This document shows, one piece after another, positions 1 to 13,449 of a stretch of 64,000 bases of DNA; the first letter of the stretch is position 1; every line of letters starts with the position of its first letter. The notes below the pieces were generated by a model. The model searched no databases, had not been told where the DNA came from, and worked only from the letters and a program-made list of their open reading frames with translations. The stretch comes from Azolla caroliniana (taxonomy: Eukaryota > Plantae > Polypodiophyta), in NCBI GenBank assembly GCA_043228905.1, contig JBHGNT010000011.1:17980001-18044000 (forward strand), read 5' to 3'. A program made the position numbers and the translations under genes.

Positions 1-425
1 TATATCAATTTGAATCAGATGCAACAAGCAAAACATCATGGATGAGTCCTAATTCAAAATATAATAAGTATTACGATGTTAGTTAAATGTAATAATTTGG
101 TGGATAATCACTTAGTTTATTTCAAAGCATTACTATATCAATTTGAATCAGATGCAACAAGCAAAACATCATGGATGAGTCCTAATTCAAAATATAATAA
201 GTATTACGATGTTAGTTAAATGAAATAATTTGGTGGATAATCACTTAGTTTATTTCAAAGCATTACTATATCAATTTGAATCAGATGCAACAAGCTAAAC
301 ATCATGGATGAGTCCTAATTCAAAATATAATAAGTATTACGATGTTAGTTAAATGTAATAATTTGGTGGATAATCACTTAGTTTATTTCAAAGCATTACT
401 ACATCAATTTGAATCAGACGCAGCA
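1..425. repeat. Tandem repeat, 133-bp unit, about 3.2 near-identical copies (continues beyond the window start)
   Basis: Unit start tatatcaatttgaatcagatgcaacaagc recurs at 1, 134 and 267, with a variant start at 400; only a few substitutions between copies. Confidence 0.95.
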
Positions 426-644
426 ACACTCGAATCACCCCCTTTGAAGTCAAAACTTTTGATTAATTCAATAAGAATCCAACACAACTAATTACAACGC
501 CAATGTCACTTCTCGGGGGGGGGGTTTCAAAAGAAAGAAGAAATAGAATCATTTTATAAAAAAATATGTCAAGTAACAAAGATCAACGTGATTTAGCATG
601 TGATTTAAAGAGGGAGGGGGGTAGAATGTCAGTACTACATGCCA

Positions 645-2305
645 TCAGGAATCAGCCATGTCTTTTTTTATGTCTTCTTCGGTTTGTTTGAAAAAATCAT
701 AGTGCTTGTGAGAGGGTCCAATGGTATCTGGCACCTCAAGAGGGTATTGATCAATGCAATCCATCCAAGGATTGAATCCAACCACAGGTTTCACATCCCG
801 GAGGACCTTCCAAACCACGCTATTACACTTGAAACCCGACCCTAGAGCTAATTGCCAGACCTTATCGCCTCGCTTCAACCTCTCTTTCGCCTCACAATAT
901 GCCATTGCATACCACAAACCGCTGCTCGAAGTGTTCCCGAACCTATAAAGGCTCATCTTCGCGGGCTCGACATCATAGTACCCATCTACTACAGCCTTCC
1001 CTCCAGGATGGAGGCAGAAGTGATTGAATGCCTTCTTGAAGTCGGGCAGGTACGGCTTCGTATTGACATGGAAGACACTCCGACGGAGCACATTGACAGC
1101 TACTTTGACGAGCTCGGAGAAGGCATAAAGTCCGGGACAAGCTTCGTCATGCTAATCGTGACCGCCTTAGATGCAACATTGAGCAGCTCCACACTGAGCG
1201 ATGTCCCCATGATGCCTTCCTCGTCTTCTTTCGTGAAGATAACGTTGTACGACTTGTCATTCGCGCCCGTGGTTGTCCTCACGGACCGCAAGAGCTCGAA
1301 CTTGGACCTTTGCCTATCTCTCTTCTTGTTGGACAAGAGTAATGCGTAGGAGCCGCATCGGAAGAGGCAATTGGGGACAAGCATGGACCTGTCATTGCCA
1401 TAGTACCAATTGAGTGTGATGTTCTCGGTCCCGACCACGACCGCATACTTGTCCTTGTGGACACGGAGCATGTCCTTGGCGAGGTCGACAGCGACCATGC
1501 CCGCGGCGCAGCCCATCCCGGAGATGTTGAAGGTTCTGATGTCCTCCCTCATCTTGTAGTGATGTACAAGATGAGAGGAGAGGGAAGGGCTAGGGTAGAA
1601 CATGCTGACATTGACAATGAGGAAGTCGATTTGGGAAGGGGCTATGGAGGTCTTGGCGAGGAGTTCGTCGAGGGCCCCGAACATCATGTGGTCCATCTCT
1701 GCATTGGCAGAAGAGAGGGATGGGGATTGGATGGGGTTAGTGAAGAGGAAAGGGGGGCCATAGACATCATCCCCAAGACCAGATTTGAGCAGCACTTTGA
1801 GCTGGAACAGCATGTTGCTTGGTGTGGAGGTCTTAGCACTTCTGGTGAGTTGGACACAATACTGAGTGCTCAGCTTGTATTTGTCCAGAGATTTGTAGCT
1901 TGCAAAATCCACAAGGTAGATGGAAGGATCCCTTGCCTTCATGTAGATGAGCCCGAGTGTGGACACTATTGAGACAATGGACACTGCAAGGATGCTTCTA
2001 GAAACCTCATCACACCATGCCTGCACTATGGCTTCTGCCCCAATGTAATAGTAGGAGAGCAGAAATGAGGAGATGAGGAACAAGGGAGGCAGCACATATG
2101 GTGCATATGCTGCAGCAAACAGCTTCCCGATGAGCATATACTCATAGCCAGCATCGGAGGAAAGAAAAGCTAAGAAACTGTTTCCTTTCCTACTGCTATT
2201 ACTGCTTCTTCTTCTGCTTGGTCTTCCTCCTTCTTCTCTTTCTGATTCGGCCTCGTTTGATGATGAGCGGGTGCTTTGTTCAGGAGCAGGGGGAGGCGTT
2301 TCCAT
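645..2305 (-). CDS. KCS: 3-ketoacyl-CoA synthase (very-long-chain fatty acid elongase condensing enzyme, KCS3/12/19-like), intronless, with a 1-nt frameshift at about 1120
   Basis: ORF 1100-2497 has N-terminal membrane segments, IYLVDFASY and the catalytic FNISGMGCAAG. ORF 645-1091 has HFCLHPGGKAV, RFGNTSSS and LGSGFKCNS. The first ATG is at 2305 (METPPP); the 2497 start is a GTG. Adding one base at 1120-1121 joins the frames as MPFSELVKVAVNVLRR, giving about 553 aa. Confidence 0.92.
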
Positions 2306-3566
2306 GGCTGATGAGAAGCAAGGGGAAGGAGAGGGGAAGGAGGAGAAAGAAGATGAAGATGAAGATGAACAGATTTGCGTGATGGAAGGAGATTTAGAGC
2401 CTATTGTTAAACAACAGATACTGTGGTCATGGCAATTGAGGTGTGTGAGAGCTATGGGGGTGCTCACTGCATCTGCCTGCTGCTGCTGCTCTACCACTGT
2501 GTGTTTGAAGAGAGAACAGGAATGAAGAAGAAAGAAGAAGGAAGAAGGAAGAAGGAAGCCATAGCTGTCTGTATGTGCATTAAATGATCACCTAACTCGG
2601 CTCATAAATGGTTGGAAAAATGAAGGAAAGTAGGAATCGAACCCAGAATGTGACCTCTCAGCAATCCATCCACGCACACAGAGTCAAATACAATATAGAA
2701 TACAAAAAGAATACTCTTAGAGTCTTAATGACCGGAGGACCCTGTTTTCTCTCTTTCTTCAATTCACCGCTATGGCGCCTTGTGTCAACATTAATGATCA
2801 TCATGCATTCATGGACCATGGAGAGATGGTTGGCATACATAACATATCTTTTCTCCTTCTTCTTCTTTTTTTTTTTTCAACTTCCATGGAAAACCCCCCG
2901 CCCGCCCGCCAACCCACCCGAGAGAGCTTCTGTCCAAGACCACGTTGCGTGTGTCCTTGGTGCTCTCCACTGGAATGCGCCGGACAAACATGCCATGGCG
3001 AGCCCTCGAGGACCTTTGTCGTTGTTTCCGATGCCCGCCTTTCGGTCAGCGCCAAATAGGCTTGGAAAAAACAATCCTTCGCAAACTTGTTTAACTGCTA
3101 TTTTCGCCCCTCGTTAGATGCGCATGCATGACCCGAACCCCCATGTTATTTAATGTGTTTGTTGCTTTAACTTATGAGTGAAGCGCACACGATGGCGAAA
3201 TGCATACACACTGTGAAAAGCTTTGTGACCCACCTAAAGTTAAACTATACGCGTTTGTTAATTTGAGAAACATGAAACATTTGCAACGAACATACAAGAC
3301 ATGTTGGTGAGCATTTGGAACTTGGCAAGCTCAACAATATATCAAATATTTGGTAGTGCTTAACATGGGTGTTCGTTAATCTTCCAAAAATCTTTTTCTT
3401 TTAATCAACACAAATACACACATTTATTGTGCAAAAAGTTTGCCATAATAGTCTCATATGTACAATGCTTGCTTATTTTCAAAACTCATACATATGCTTC
3501 GTCAAAATTGAGGTTCCTAATTGTAAAGAATCGATGGTGATTCTTGTGCAACAGAATATATATATA

Positions 3567-3968
3567 TGTGTGAGAAAAATAGAGGAGAGAAGAGAACACA
3601 AGATAGATAAGCAAGAGAAATAAAATACTCAAGAAGAAGGTGTATATTTCAAAAGTAGAATAAAGATACAAAACTGTAGCATTACAAGGAGTCACAAACG
3701 ACTTAATATGAAGTATAAGGAGGGTGCTTTATATAGAGTCACCCTCTCTCTTCATTAACTTAGAACAACCACTCTCTCTCTTGGGGGATGTGAAGACTCA
3801 TTCAAAGTCATGGGCAATATAACTCATTAGTTATGTGTCATAGAATATGATTCTATAACACATAGTTAATGTATAGAGAGTAATGGTGTGACTCTTGACC
3901 TTTGAGTCATCATGGATTCTTAAAAGGTGTGTTCACACGTTGTGTTATGTTGAGCTTGACTCTCAACA
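3567..3968. mobile_element. Possible solo LTR
   Basis: Starts TGTG(T)GAG and ends CTCAACA, with a GA-rich tract and a TATA-like tatatag inside. No clean TSD found. Confidence 0.3.
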
Positions 3969-6714
3969 CTAATCACATGGAACTTCGAACTAGGCCTACA
4001 AAATTAAGAAAAATATGAAGAGTATACTAGGTATTCCTGTCAAAGTAACCAACTAACCTTCTAATCTCTATTAATTTAGTTAGTAGAAGTGGCTCATTAT
4101 CATATTAAAACTTCAAATTCTTTCAAGTTTTGGCATCCCAAGTTTTAATTATAATCTTAATGACAAACCTACGATTTAAATCATATGAAGTAGGGCAAAC
4201 CCACATTTTTATTGGAGAGTGGTTAGTTTTTAATTGATCATTGGCTTCTTGAAACTTAACTTTCGTAACCTCAATTTTCTTTTATTAATTTATTGTTGTG
4301 TTAATCTTGATTCCCATGTCATTACAAGCCTAATAATGGCCAAACATATGTGTATGTGTGCAACAACCATACTTTTATTACATATCTTCTTGTGGATGGA
4401 AACATGCTCATGTCATTTCCAAAAAAATTACTCTTTCTTCTCGGCAAGCATTGACTTTAAACCTCTGAAGTGCCAAGTTTGTGATCTTAAATTTCAAGTG
4501 TGGATGCAATGGTGTTCAATATTGACCCTGACCATTTGAATGTGAATGATAGCATTCAAACTTATAGCAATGGACATGTACTTGCTAGGGATAGAAAAGA
4601 AAATAATGTACACATGCGAGATCAACAAGCTTTGTCGTCCATTGGACCCACATTGACATGACCATTTTCACTTCCAATCATTCTCAAGCTGCAAGCACAC
4701 ATTTTCAGTCTCATGTGCTTATTTGATGTCTTCATTTTAATTAACGATGGGGTATTTTAAACAGTGGTTAGTAACTACATTATCACACAACACCCTCTAA
4801 ACAAAGGTTATAACATTATTGTAAAATTGTGCTAATGTTACATATATGGGTTTTGTTATCATTTTGTGGGAGCATGAGCAACCCATGGACCAAAATAAAG
4901 CATTCAAGCGGTTCTCTTTGCATTAAAACACATGGGGAATGGGGCCAGGAACATAGTCAACTACGATGCTTAATGGATATTCTAACAATATATTGGACTG
5001 GTTTTGGCAAATTCTTTAGGCGCATGATTAATATCTAATCCATCTTTGAAATCAACAATTCCTTGCTATTTTGCATTTTCACAAAATGGTAGGTGAATGT
5101 TGGCCATGTCACGATTTTTAGATTAATGTTGGGGACTAGCTTTAAATTTTATACAAATGAAATGTTTTATGTGCTTCATGCTTTACAATGTACAAAATGA
5201 CTTTACCATGCATGTATAAAAATTGGAAAGACTCTTTGTTTCCCGTGAAATTGACAATTAGAACATCACATAGAACTTGCTCATTGTAATTTGTAATGCA
5301 TACACATTGTTACAATACGAGTTGAACACAATGCCTTTAATAATATTTCCTTTGTGCATTGTGCTTAACTCATTGGGCTTTGCAATTTCACAACAAATTC
5401 CTTTAACTTGGAGGGGAAATCATGCACTATGGCATCCCGAAAACACTTTCCTCCTTTTATAAATGAGTTTATGAAAACATTAAGTCCCTCAATGACTAAT
5501 TTATACCCTTATGACCTATCCATTGAAAATTCCCATTATGTATAGTCACGTGGAATGATTCACTACATGTGTCAAATTTTTCTGAGGTTGTGTTGGGCAT
5601 ATCATGTCATAGCCTCAAGTTTCATTTGGTGGCTAACTTTTCAGGCCATCACGAATCATTTTGGTACAAAACTTCCGCCCATATTTCTCAAGGCTCATTC
5701 TAACATCGTAATGCTAACCACCATTTCTCATGATGCCCTTGATGTTTTTCCCCAATTTTGATCGGGTTAGTCAATGCCTATGCATGAGAATCATTTATGT
5801 CGTTGTTGAGCATGTCGATAGAAAGTTCAAAATTTTGGTAAGAGCTTTCAATATGGGAGTTGGCTAGATGCCTCTTTATCAGCATCACTCACATACATCG
5901 TAATTTGTGTATCTTTCGATAAGTACAAGAATGCCCTTATAGAAACTTCCATGTTCCATTTAATGCCATGTTATAAAATAATCTAGAAAACATTTCTCGT
6001 ATTTCGATGTGTAATGTACAAGAATTTCTATGCCGGATGGGAAAAAGCATAATTCCCATTCTCATAGTGAAGTATGAGCTTGACAACAACCATGGTTAAT
6101 GCTTGTAATGTTGTAAACAGGCAAAGAGCAAACATCATTGATGATAAAGATGAGAGGAGAAGCATCGAGTTCAATGTACCCAATATTATTTATGTGAGCA
6201 TAGCTTACATCATAGGAGTATGTATGGTGCCCCTATAATGTAAGCCATGTTCACATAATTGTGGTTCACATAGAAAGTTATTTAGTTCCGAGTGCTTTGC
6301 TTCGTACTTAAAAATGTTCCGAAGACATGTTGTCGAGTACCATGCGGTCCTAAGTATTCAACAAAGCAATCAAGGGATGCACATAACCTAATGACATTGG
6401 GGCATGACACATGGCCTTCCCTACACTCACATATTCACACTAGAATTATTAACGACAAAATTTAACACTCTTCATCATATGTTTTCCGATGTTTTGAGGT
6501 TTGTATATATGAACGAGCACCACATCAAATGATATCCGAGATTGTGAGTTCGTTCAAACTTCAAACTTCACACATGGCATGATGGCATAGCAACAATGGT
6601 GAACAAATGGTTCATCAAGATGCTTCCATAGTCATCAGCATATAGTCTAAGGGACGGGGCACGACACATATGGTGCATGGAGCGGAAATGGATGAGCTCC
6701 CATGGCCTACTCTA

Positions 6715-6915
6715 TATAAACGGTTTGTCGGTTTGGTTCAGGCTCCAGCCTCCTTCACTGGGTTGGGAAGGGGCAAGCCAAACCGGTTCCTAAACTAGTT
6801 AAGGCTTAACCGGTTTAGAAAAATGCTCGGTTCAAGTTTGAAAACTGTCAAGCCGTTTAATGCTTAATCGGTTTGGTTAGGACAAGGCCAAACCGGTTAA
6901 GCCGAAACAGAACCA
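6715..6915. repeat. Cluster of AACCG/CGGTT motifs resembling DNA-transposon (hAT-type) subterminal repeats
   Basis: About 8 copies of aaccg/cggtt in both orientations within 200 bp, in an otherwise CpG-poor region. Confidence 0.45.
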
Positions 6916-7949
6916 TTGCCAATTCCACATACACACCCGCATCAGGTCTAGTTGTTCTCTGTACTTTCTTTGCTTTGGCATGGTTTCTTCCACTCCCTGC
7001 TCTTGACTGTATTTGCATATACCTCTGTTTCCTGTTGTAATATACAAGAATGATGATGATTCAAAGATTCTACCTTGGGCTTTAACCAGCAATATGTTCA
7101 TTTAGATCTTTTTATTTATTTATTGCAGGCATTCACATTGGATATCACAACACCCAAGCCTATATAAATCTGATTTGAATACTAATGATCCACGTAACAC
7201 TAGAAAGCTAATACATTACTTGTATCTTGTCTTCTGCAAGGATACTACTATGTGGAAAGGTGAAGGTATCAGTTGCATGTTAGCTGGTATTACCCCAATT
7301 TAATGGTGCGGCCTACATGTATGATTACTTTGTTGAAACAAAGTATTTCAAAAGGTACCAATACAATCCTCAAATATTGTATTCGACTCATACACCAACA
7401 TTGCAGTGATCAAGAACAATGGAACCAAATGCTTCTTACTCCATGGACAAGCATAGAAAGGGCTATGCAAATTAGAACATCATTGGATTGATTTTTGTAG
7501 TTTTTTTTCTCACTTTCATATTACATTATGTATACAGGAACATTTGAGCAAAAGTTATTGCATAATCAGTACATTAGGTTCAATCCCTTGTGTAGGTTGT
7601 AATCTGGACTAATTTCTATAATATTGTGGCTAAGGTTGCATAGGTTATAATCCTTTGGCCACTTATCTCTTGTTGTATTTAACATGGGCTTGCATGCCCC
7701 TTTTATAGGTTTCCAAGATGTGGACTTGGGCTATGACTTAAACAGTGGACTGATAAAATCGATCCTTTCAGATTGACAAGTGAAGGACAGTTATTGATTG
7801 AAGTCCTCGACTCACACATTGTCAGTCATTGATCCTTATTTTGATGCTTCTCCTTGGGATCTCGTGTACGTCTGCATTCAACACTTTCTATGAACCCTTT
7901 GATCTTTGCATTTGAGAGCAAAATAAATAGTGATTGTAGTGAACCCATG

Positions 7950-10250
7950 CCTAATTTGTTAATGGACAAGGTTATCGTAAAATAGGTGGTCAAGGAAAAT
8001 GACAAAATTGCCAAGGTCGTGAAAGCTCAATTTGAAGAGAGAGTGAAGATCAAAGTCAAAATGGCAATGCTAATATTGTTGAAAATATGCGAGATAGACG
8101 AAGAAACTTCTCAAGCTAGAGGTTAGGAGCGGTAACAGGAAGAAATGATCAATGTAGTTTTTCCTTATATTGCAGATATTGCAATATAGATGATTATAAT
8201 ATTTGGACATGTTGGGATAGATAAACATATCTCAACTAAGATGGGAAGTTTACACAGAATAACTTTGTATCGCGACAAAGCTAAAGATGGGAAAAAAACA
8301 CAAACTTAATTTGGCATTGGAATTTGGTACGAAGTTAAGAGTGGAAAGTGCAGCCAGTGACGAGATTGCTTTAGTTGCAAATGATTCAAATTTGCATAAT
8401 GATATTTGGTTCATTGATTCTGCAGATTCAAATGAAATCATATGACATGCCCGTCATGACTTGTTTGAATCAAAGTAACTACAATAAACCACCCAACTTT
8501 TCAAATGACGATGATGCATGTCGTGTTGTATATGAATATGGAAATATGCACTTGTTGAAAGAAGGCAATCATAAAAAGATTTCGTTAAAATGTACTATAG
8601 GTGTGTGAAATAACAGGAAACCTTAGTGTGTTTCTCAGAAATGGTTATGGTTGGAAACTTTATAAACAAGGCCACATTTGCATTATAGAAGTTTTTGGTA
8701 GAAGTTGTTGCCACGAGCACAATGTGGTAGAATGTCCCCAAGATGAACTTTAAGAAAATTGTCTAAATGAAACTTCATGGAGTCATATTTGAGTTTCATC
8801 AATACATAAAAGCAAATGATGTTTTTAGAGAAGTGACCCCTAGATAGATTTGTGCTCAATGTAAAAGTAGACACATCGTTTGAACAACCAAAGCCATGCT
8901 CTTTGAAATGGACTTGTCTAATAAGTACTGGATGGGTATGCATCATTATGCAATTATATTAATAACTAGAAATGCATACACAAGTGATTGGTATCTATGC
9001 TCCATATTAATTGGTTTTTGGAAGGGAAATATGCAACTGTGCTGTGTGCATGTGTCTATCTAGTATCGGGTGGTGTAAATTATATACAAAAACATAAAAT
9101 GCATATTCTTTGGTATTGACAAAGTAAAAAATGGATCTAAATGGCATGGTGATTGGTCCTATTGAAGGGAACTTTTATGTTTTATGATATTTGAATTTTG
9201 GTGTTCCTAAATTAGCAATCAATGGTAGCAAAAATTCTAAGGCAAGTTGATTTGCCTCATGAAATGATCTCTATGAATGTTGAAGTCCCCATGAATCAAT
9301 GGTAGCAAAAATTCTAAGGCAAGTTCATTTGCCTAGTGAAATTACTTCTATGAATGTTGACGTCCCCATGAATAAGGATTTGGAGCATGACTTCGATAAA
9401 GAGAAAATGATGGTCAATTATGTAGTAATAATGGGGAACAACTACTATCACCATCTCTAGGGGTGAGGAAGCATGTGGATGGACTTGCATGTGATGATTT
9501 TTATGCTCAACATTATTTATATATTCGTATTGTGAATAAATGGCTTGTGCCAACTTCATACGAGAAGTCAATTGTTTTTGAAACAATTGTAGGGTGCTTT
9601 GCACTACGAAATTCATATAGGAGGGAAAATTTGAACTTGCGAATTGAATTGAAAACAATAAATCCTTTTTGTTTGATAAAATTATATAATTGTTGGCATT
9701 TGCCAAAGGTTTGTTCACAAACCTATCTATGATCTTGATTTTGAGTAAACGTTTTCACTAGTTGCTATAAATGCCAGCTGCTGTTAGATTTAATGCTCGA
9801 AATAGTTTGCAATAAATAGTATTACTAATGGATGGAATAAATGCTTTCAGAATGTTGTGACAGAAAAAAGTGTTCTAAATTCTAACGGAACAAATTTAGG
9901 ATTATGAAGATATAAAAAGAGCACTTCTTGTTGTCACAATCTTAAAAAGGCTAGGGTCTAAAGCTAACACCCAAAGCCAGATATATAAACTTTTTGTAAA
10001 TCCATGTCAATAATAGATATGTGAGTGTTCATGGAGCTTTTATTAAATCCATCATGCCCACATGGTTGTAAGGAGGGATTTTGTAGGGACAAAATAGCTA
10101 AATCTTTGTTGTGACCAAAAAATGTGCAATCACTAGCAACTACTCTTGATCGGAACTTGTTAATAGGCCAAATTTGATGATCTTGAACACTTTGGCAGTC
10201 CTTCTAGAACATTTGTTGCATATCAAAGGGGTGAAGTAGATGTTGGAGTC
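7950..10250 (+). mobile_element. Highly degenerate Ty1/Copia retrotransposon (protease to RT/RNase H remnants)
   Basis: 8401-8450 translates DIWFIDSADSN..HMTC, matching the Copia protease motif W(F/I)xDSGASxHMT. Decayed pol-like sequence follows. Boundaries are approximate. Confidence 0.55.
9220..9375. repeat. Direct tandem duplication of about 78 bp inside the Copia remnant
   Basis: aatggtagcaaaaattctaaggcaagtt...ctatgaatgttga.gtccccatgaat is present twice. Confidence 0.85.
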
Positions 10251-11019
10251 GTCTAGCTATTGTGAAATGAAGCTTTGTTTGAGGTTGTTTTTGGATTGAG
10301 CTATGGCCTCAGAAATAACTTTCTAGAACCTATGGGTTGAAAATAATGCTAGAAGTTCATGAGGTCAATACTACCAACAAAGAAAGTGGAATGTTGTGGT
10401 TTTCAATACATGTTGAAACTTCATTGTCAATGGCAAAAGGATACGGGTTAAATAGAAGTTGGTATACCTAATTGTGATAATAGTAAGAGAGGGTGGAGGA
10501 ACCAAAGCATTTTGTAGATTATGGTAGGTTGCTAGGGATTCTATATAGACAAACATAATATATAGTATAAGCTCCAAACATGAGAAATGCATTCCTAACT
10601 TTTGTTGCATTTAGAGTAAATTGTATTATGGTTTTCCGTAAATGAAAACTTTAAGGTTCTAAGCCCTCGTCACAAAAAAGGGCTTGTCTCCAAGCATTTA
10701 AGAAAATCATGCATGCAAAAAACATGAGTGCAAGAATTTGTTATACAGATTTTCATGAATATTGAGGTAATCAAAGGCTATTTATGTTTTTTTGTCTATG
10801 TAAATGATCTCAATTGTTCATGAAAAGTACTCACAATTGGAATATATATAAAAATCTCGGGATTAATGTTCAATTGGGTCTTGTTAATTGTCATAGGATC
10901 ATCAAGAGTTAATTAATTGTAAAGAGTATCATTGGGAGCACACTAGCTAGGTACGTGGGCTAATAAGGGTAATGGGTGATGAATCATGATGCTTTAATAA
11001 GATATTCATTGTAGTTATG

Positions 11020-11420
11020 CCTGCTTCAATAACATGGTGGAGCATGCAAAATATTTAGTGGCCACACTTTCCACAATTGAACGAACTAAGTCTTGTGTAT
11101 GTTGGGGTCGACAATCGTGCCATTGTGAAACCCATCCCTTATGTTCATGCCAATGAGCTTGGCCCTCATAATGTGGCATTAAGTAAGCTGCAAGTGGCAC
11201 ATATGATTTCTTCTAACTTTCATTTCCCTCAGGCCATCACATGACTAGCTTTTCAGCTCTCTCACTGGTCGACATTGTTGATGAGGTCGACGAAAATGGC
11301 ATTGCAAACTCTCCTCTCTTTAATTGCTCATCCACATCATGGGTTTGGTAGGCCACGAGCTTGTGCAATAACATGACATGAATGAACAACCACTGCATTG
11401 TGGGCATATAAAAATCCTTG
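11020..11420 (-). pseudogene. Decayed STIG1-like paralogue
   Basis: Frameshifted fragments read FVDLINNVDQ*ES*, HNGTIVDPNI and NCGKCGH*. The NCGKCGH heptapeptide is identical to the one in the neighbouring intact STIG1 gene but uses synonymous codons (AAT TGT GGA AAG TGT GGC CAC vs AAC TGT GGG AAG TGC GGA CAT). Confidence 0.55.
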
Positions 11421-11671
11421 ATATACATGTTGTTGCATTGGGCTCATCCATCTAGCCTCGACTTGTTGCAGAAGAGTACATAAGCATGCATTGGCATCAT
11501 CATGGGGGCACATGGCTGCAAAAACCATAGAATTCACGCTCCATCTGTGAGCCGATAGATAGTTGTGCCAAGATGATTGAGAAAAGTTAGCTATGTGTGT
11601 AGGATACTAGTAGTGTGGGGGGCCATGATGTCCATCTATCTTGTTGATGAATGAGAGGGTTTCATGTGGGA

Positions 11672-12391
11672 TCAGGATGGGGTAAGGATACTCTCATCAT
11701 AGTAGGAACCTAGCGCATAGTCGCACATGCCATAAGAACATTGGTATTCATAGTCCATGCAACGATGTCCGCACTTCCCACAGTTGGAGTTGTCGACATT
11801 GAGGTCGACACACTCGCCATCGCAACACGCGAGACCATAGGCACATGCATGGCCACATGCACCGCAGTGGTAATGGTCCTCCCTTATGTTCTTACACATC
11901 ATGAGCTTCGCATGACGGTTCCAAGGCGAGGATATGACATTACAACATGCAAGCCATGATGATACTTCTCGTCCTTGTTGTCGGGTGGTCTCCTCTTCAA
12001 CTGGAATTAGAGCTAGACATGCACTTATGTTGTGGGCACATGAAAGCACTTGTTGTGTTGATCTACATGAGCTAGTAGTATCACTTGGCTTGCTGAGTAA
12101 CAATCCTCCCTTTGTATATTGCTTGTAACTTGTGTGTTTGTTGTGCACACTATTAGTTATGGTAGTAGAGGGCCTTATTGTTTGATCATGGGATTTCTTC
12201 ATTGGTTTCATCTTCATTTGATAATGATCCCAATCTAATACTTCATTGCAATATACCATCTCCATCTCCATAATCATCATCACCATCATTGGAAAGCATA
12301 TCCATATTATTATCACAGTTACCGGGCTTTTCTCAAGTCTCAATGCACACCACCAAGGGGAAGTAATATTTAATGCCCCCTGCAGCTTCAT
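11672..12391 (-). CDS. STIG1-family (stigma-specific protein Stig1 domain) cysteine-rich secreted protein
   Basis: C-terminal CC...CKNIREDHYHCGACGHACAYGLACCDGECVDLNVDNSNCGKCGHRC...CSYGMCDYA fits the Stig1 Cys pattern. Hydrophobic N-terminal stretch (VTVIIIWICFPMMVMMI). Single exon with ATG at 12391. Confidence 0.88.
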   Translation of the reverse strand: MKLQGALNITSPWWCALRLEKSPVTVIIIWICFPMMVMMIMEMEMVYCNEVLDWDHYQMKMKPMKKSHDQTIRPSTTITNSVHNKHTSYKQYTKGGLLLSKPSDTTSSCRSTQQVLSCAHNISACLALIPVEEETTRQQGREVSSWLACCNVISSPWNRHAKLMMCKNIREDHYHCGACGHACAYGLACCDGECVDLNVDNSNCGKCGHRCMDYEYQCSYGMCDYALGSYYDESILTPS

Positions 12392-13449
12392 CAGTGCTAA
12401 TCACTCCTATAATCATGTTTTTGCCCTTTGATTGGCTTCCATGGCTGCTTTTGTTTTCCTTGATACACGTTGAGTGGTGGCAAAAGCAAGATTCATGTGT
12501 GTTCAAAGCAACCCCAAAACAATTCAAAAATGAGTTTTCCTTAAGGGTTAAAAATGCTATAGTACGCTGTTCTCACCAAACATGAACAAACACACACATA
12601 TCCATTCATCTTGTGTTGGGTAAACTCCTCACAATAATAATAACAATAATGATATAGTAATTAATAAACATGATAGGTACCTTTTCATACACTTACAAGG
12701 AGAAATGAAGGCTCCCTTTTAAGTGAGCAACCTTAACCTTGCTCAATGTGATGGGTGTAAATAAAAATGCATTGTACGTGTATGTGAATTTATGTATCTA
12801 TGAGCATGCACATGCAAATGTATGTATGCATGCATGTATATTCGTATGTATGTGTATGTGTGTGTGTGTGTGTGGTGCTTAATTAACGTTTATAAGCACA
12901 CATTATGTTTGGCACATGATGGCTTCACCTTGTTCAAGTAATTCCATACCGTGCATGCATGTTTTGAAACCATATATCGTAGCGCATTGCCTTGCCCTAG
13001 CGTAGGAGAGATGATTCCGTGGTTGCATAACATATATTATGTACCCTTAAATCCTTCATAGACTAGACATAACATCATAAGTTTCCTAGAAGTGTTCTTT
13101 GTTGTGTCCCTAATGGCGGTTTGAGGAACCTTGTTTTGCCTCATGGCGAGTGGATACTTTGGGAGGTATTGCATTGTGTTAATAATTACATGGGCCTAAG
13201 CTTTATTGAACTAACAACATTTGGTTATTTTGGGATTTTATGGAAAACTTGATTGTGTCTCTATTGAAGTGGTAAACAAGAGAGTGCAAGCTTTCACAAT
13301 GAAATTTTTTTGTTTTGGCAATATATCTATTACTGATGGGAAACCTCAATTTGAGGTTAAAACCGCAATACACATAGGTGCTTGAACATTTATTTGTGCA
13401 ACTACCTAGTGTAAGGGTTTATTAAAGGTAACCAAAATAAGAGCTTATG

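Noticed and set aside
1-425. Regular repeat array as a possible CRISPR
   Set aside because: The units are contiguous 133-bp copies with no unique spacers, there are no cas genes, and the context is eukaryotic.
852-1972. Plus-strand ORFs of 165-171 aa overlapping KCS, and similar antisense ORFs over the PPR, C1-FDX and PPR-SMR genes
   Set aside because: These are antisense shadows of real coding sequence, with no recognisable domains.
2306-2497. 64-aa N-terminal extension of KCS in the ORF track
   Set aside because: It starts at GTG and is low-complexity. It is more likely 5' UTR, with the first ATG at 2305.
4500-6700. Possible decayed transposase or other coding remnant
   Set aside because: The composition looks like old coding sequence, but I could not recognise a diagnostic motif in any frame. 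It needs BLASTX or an HMM search.
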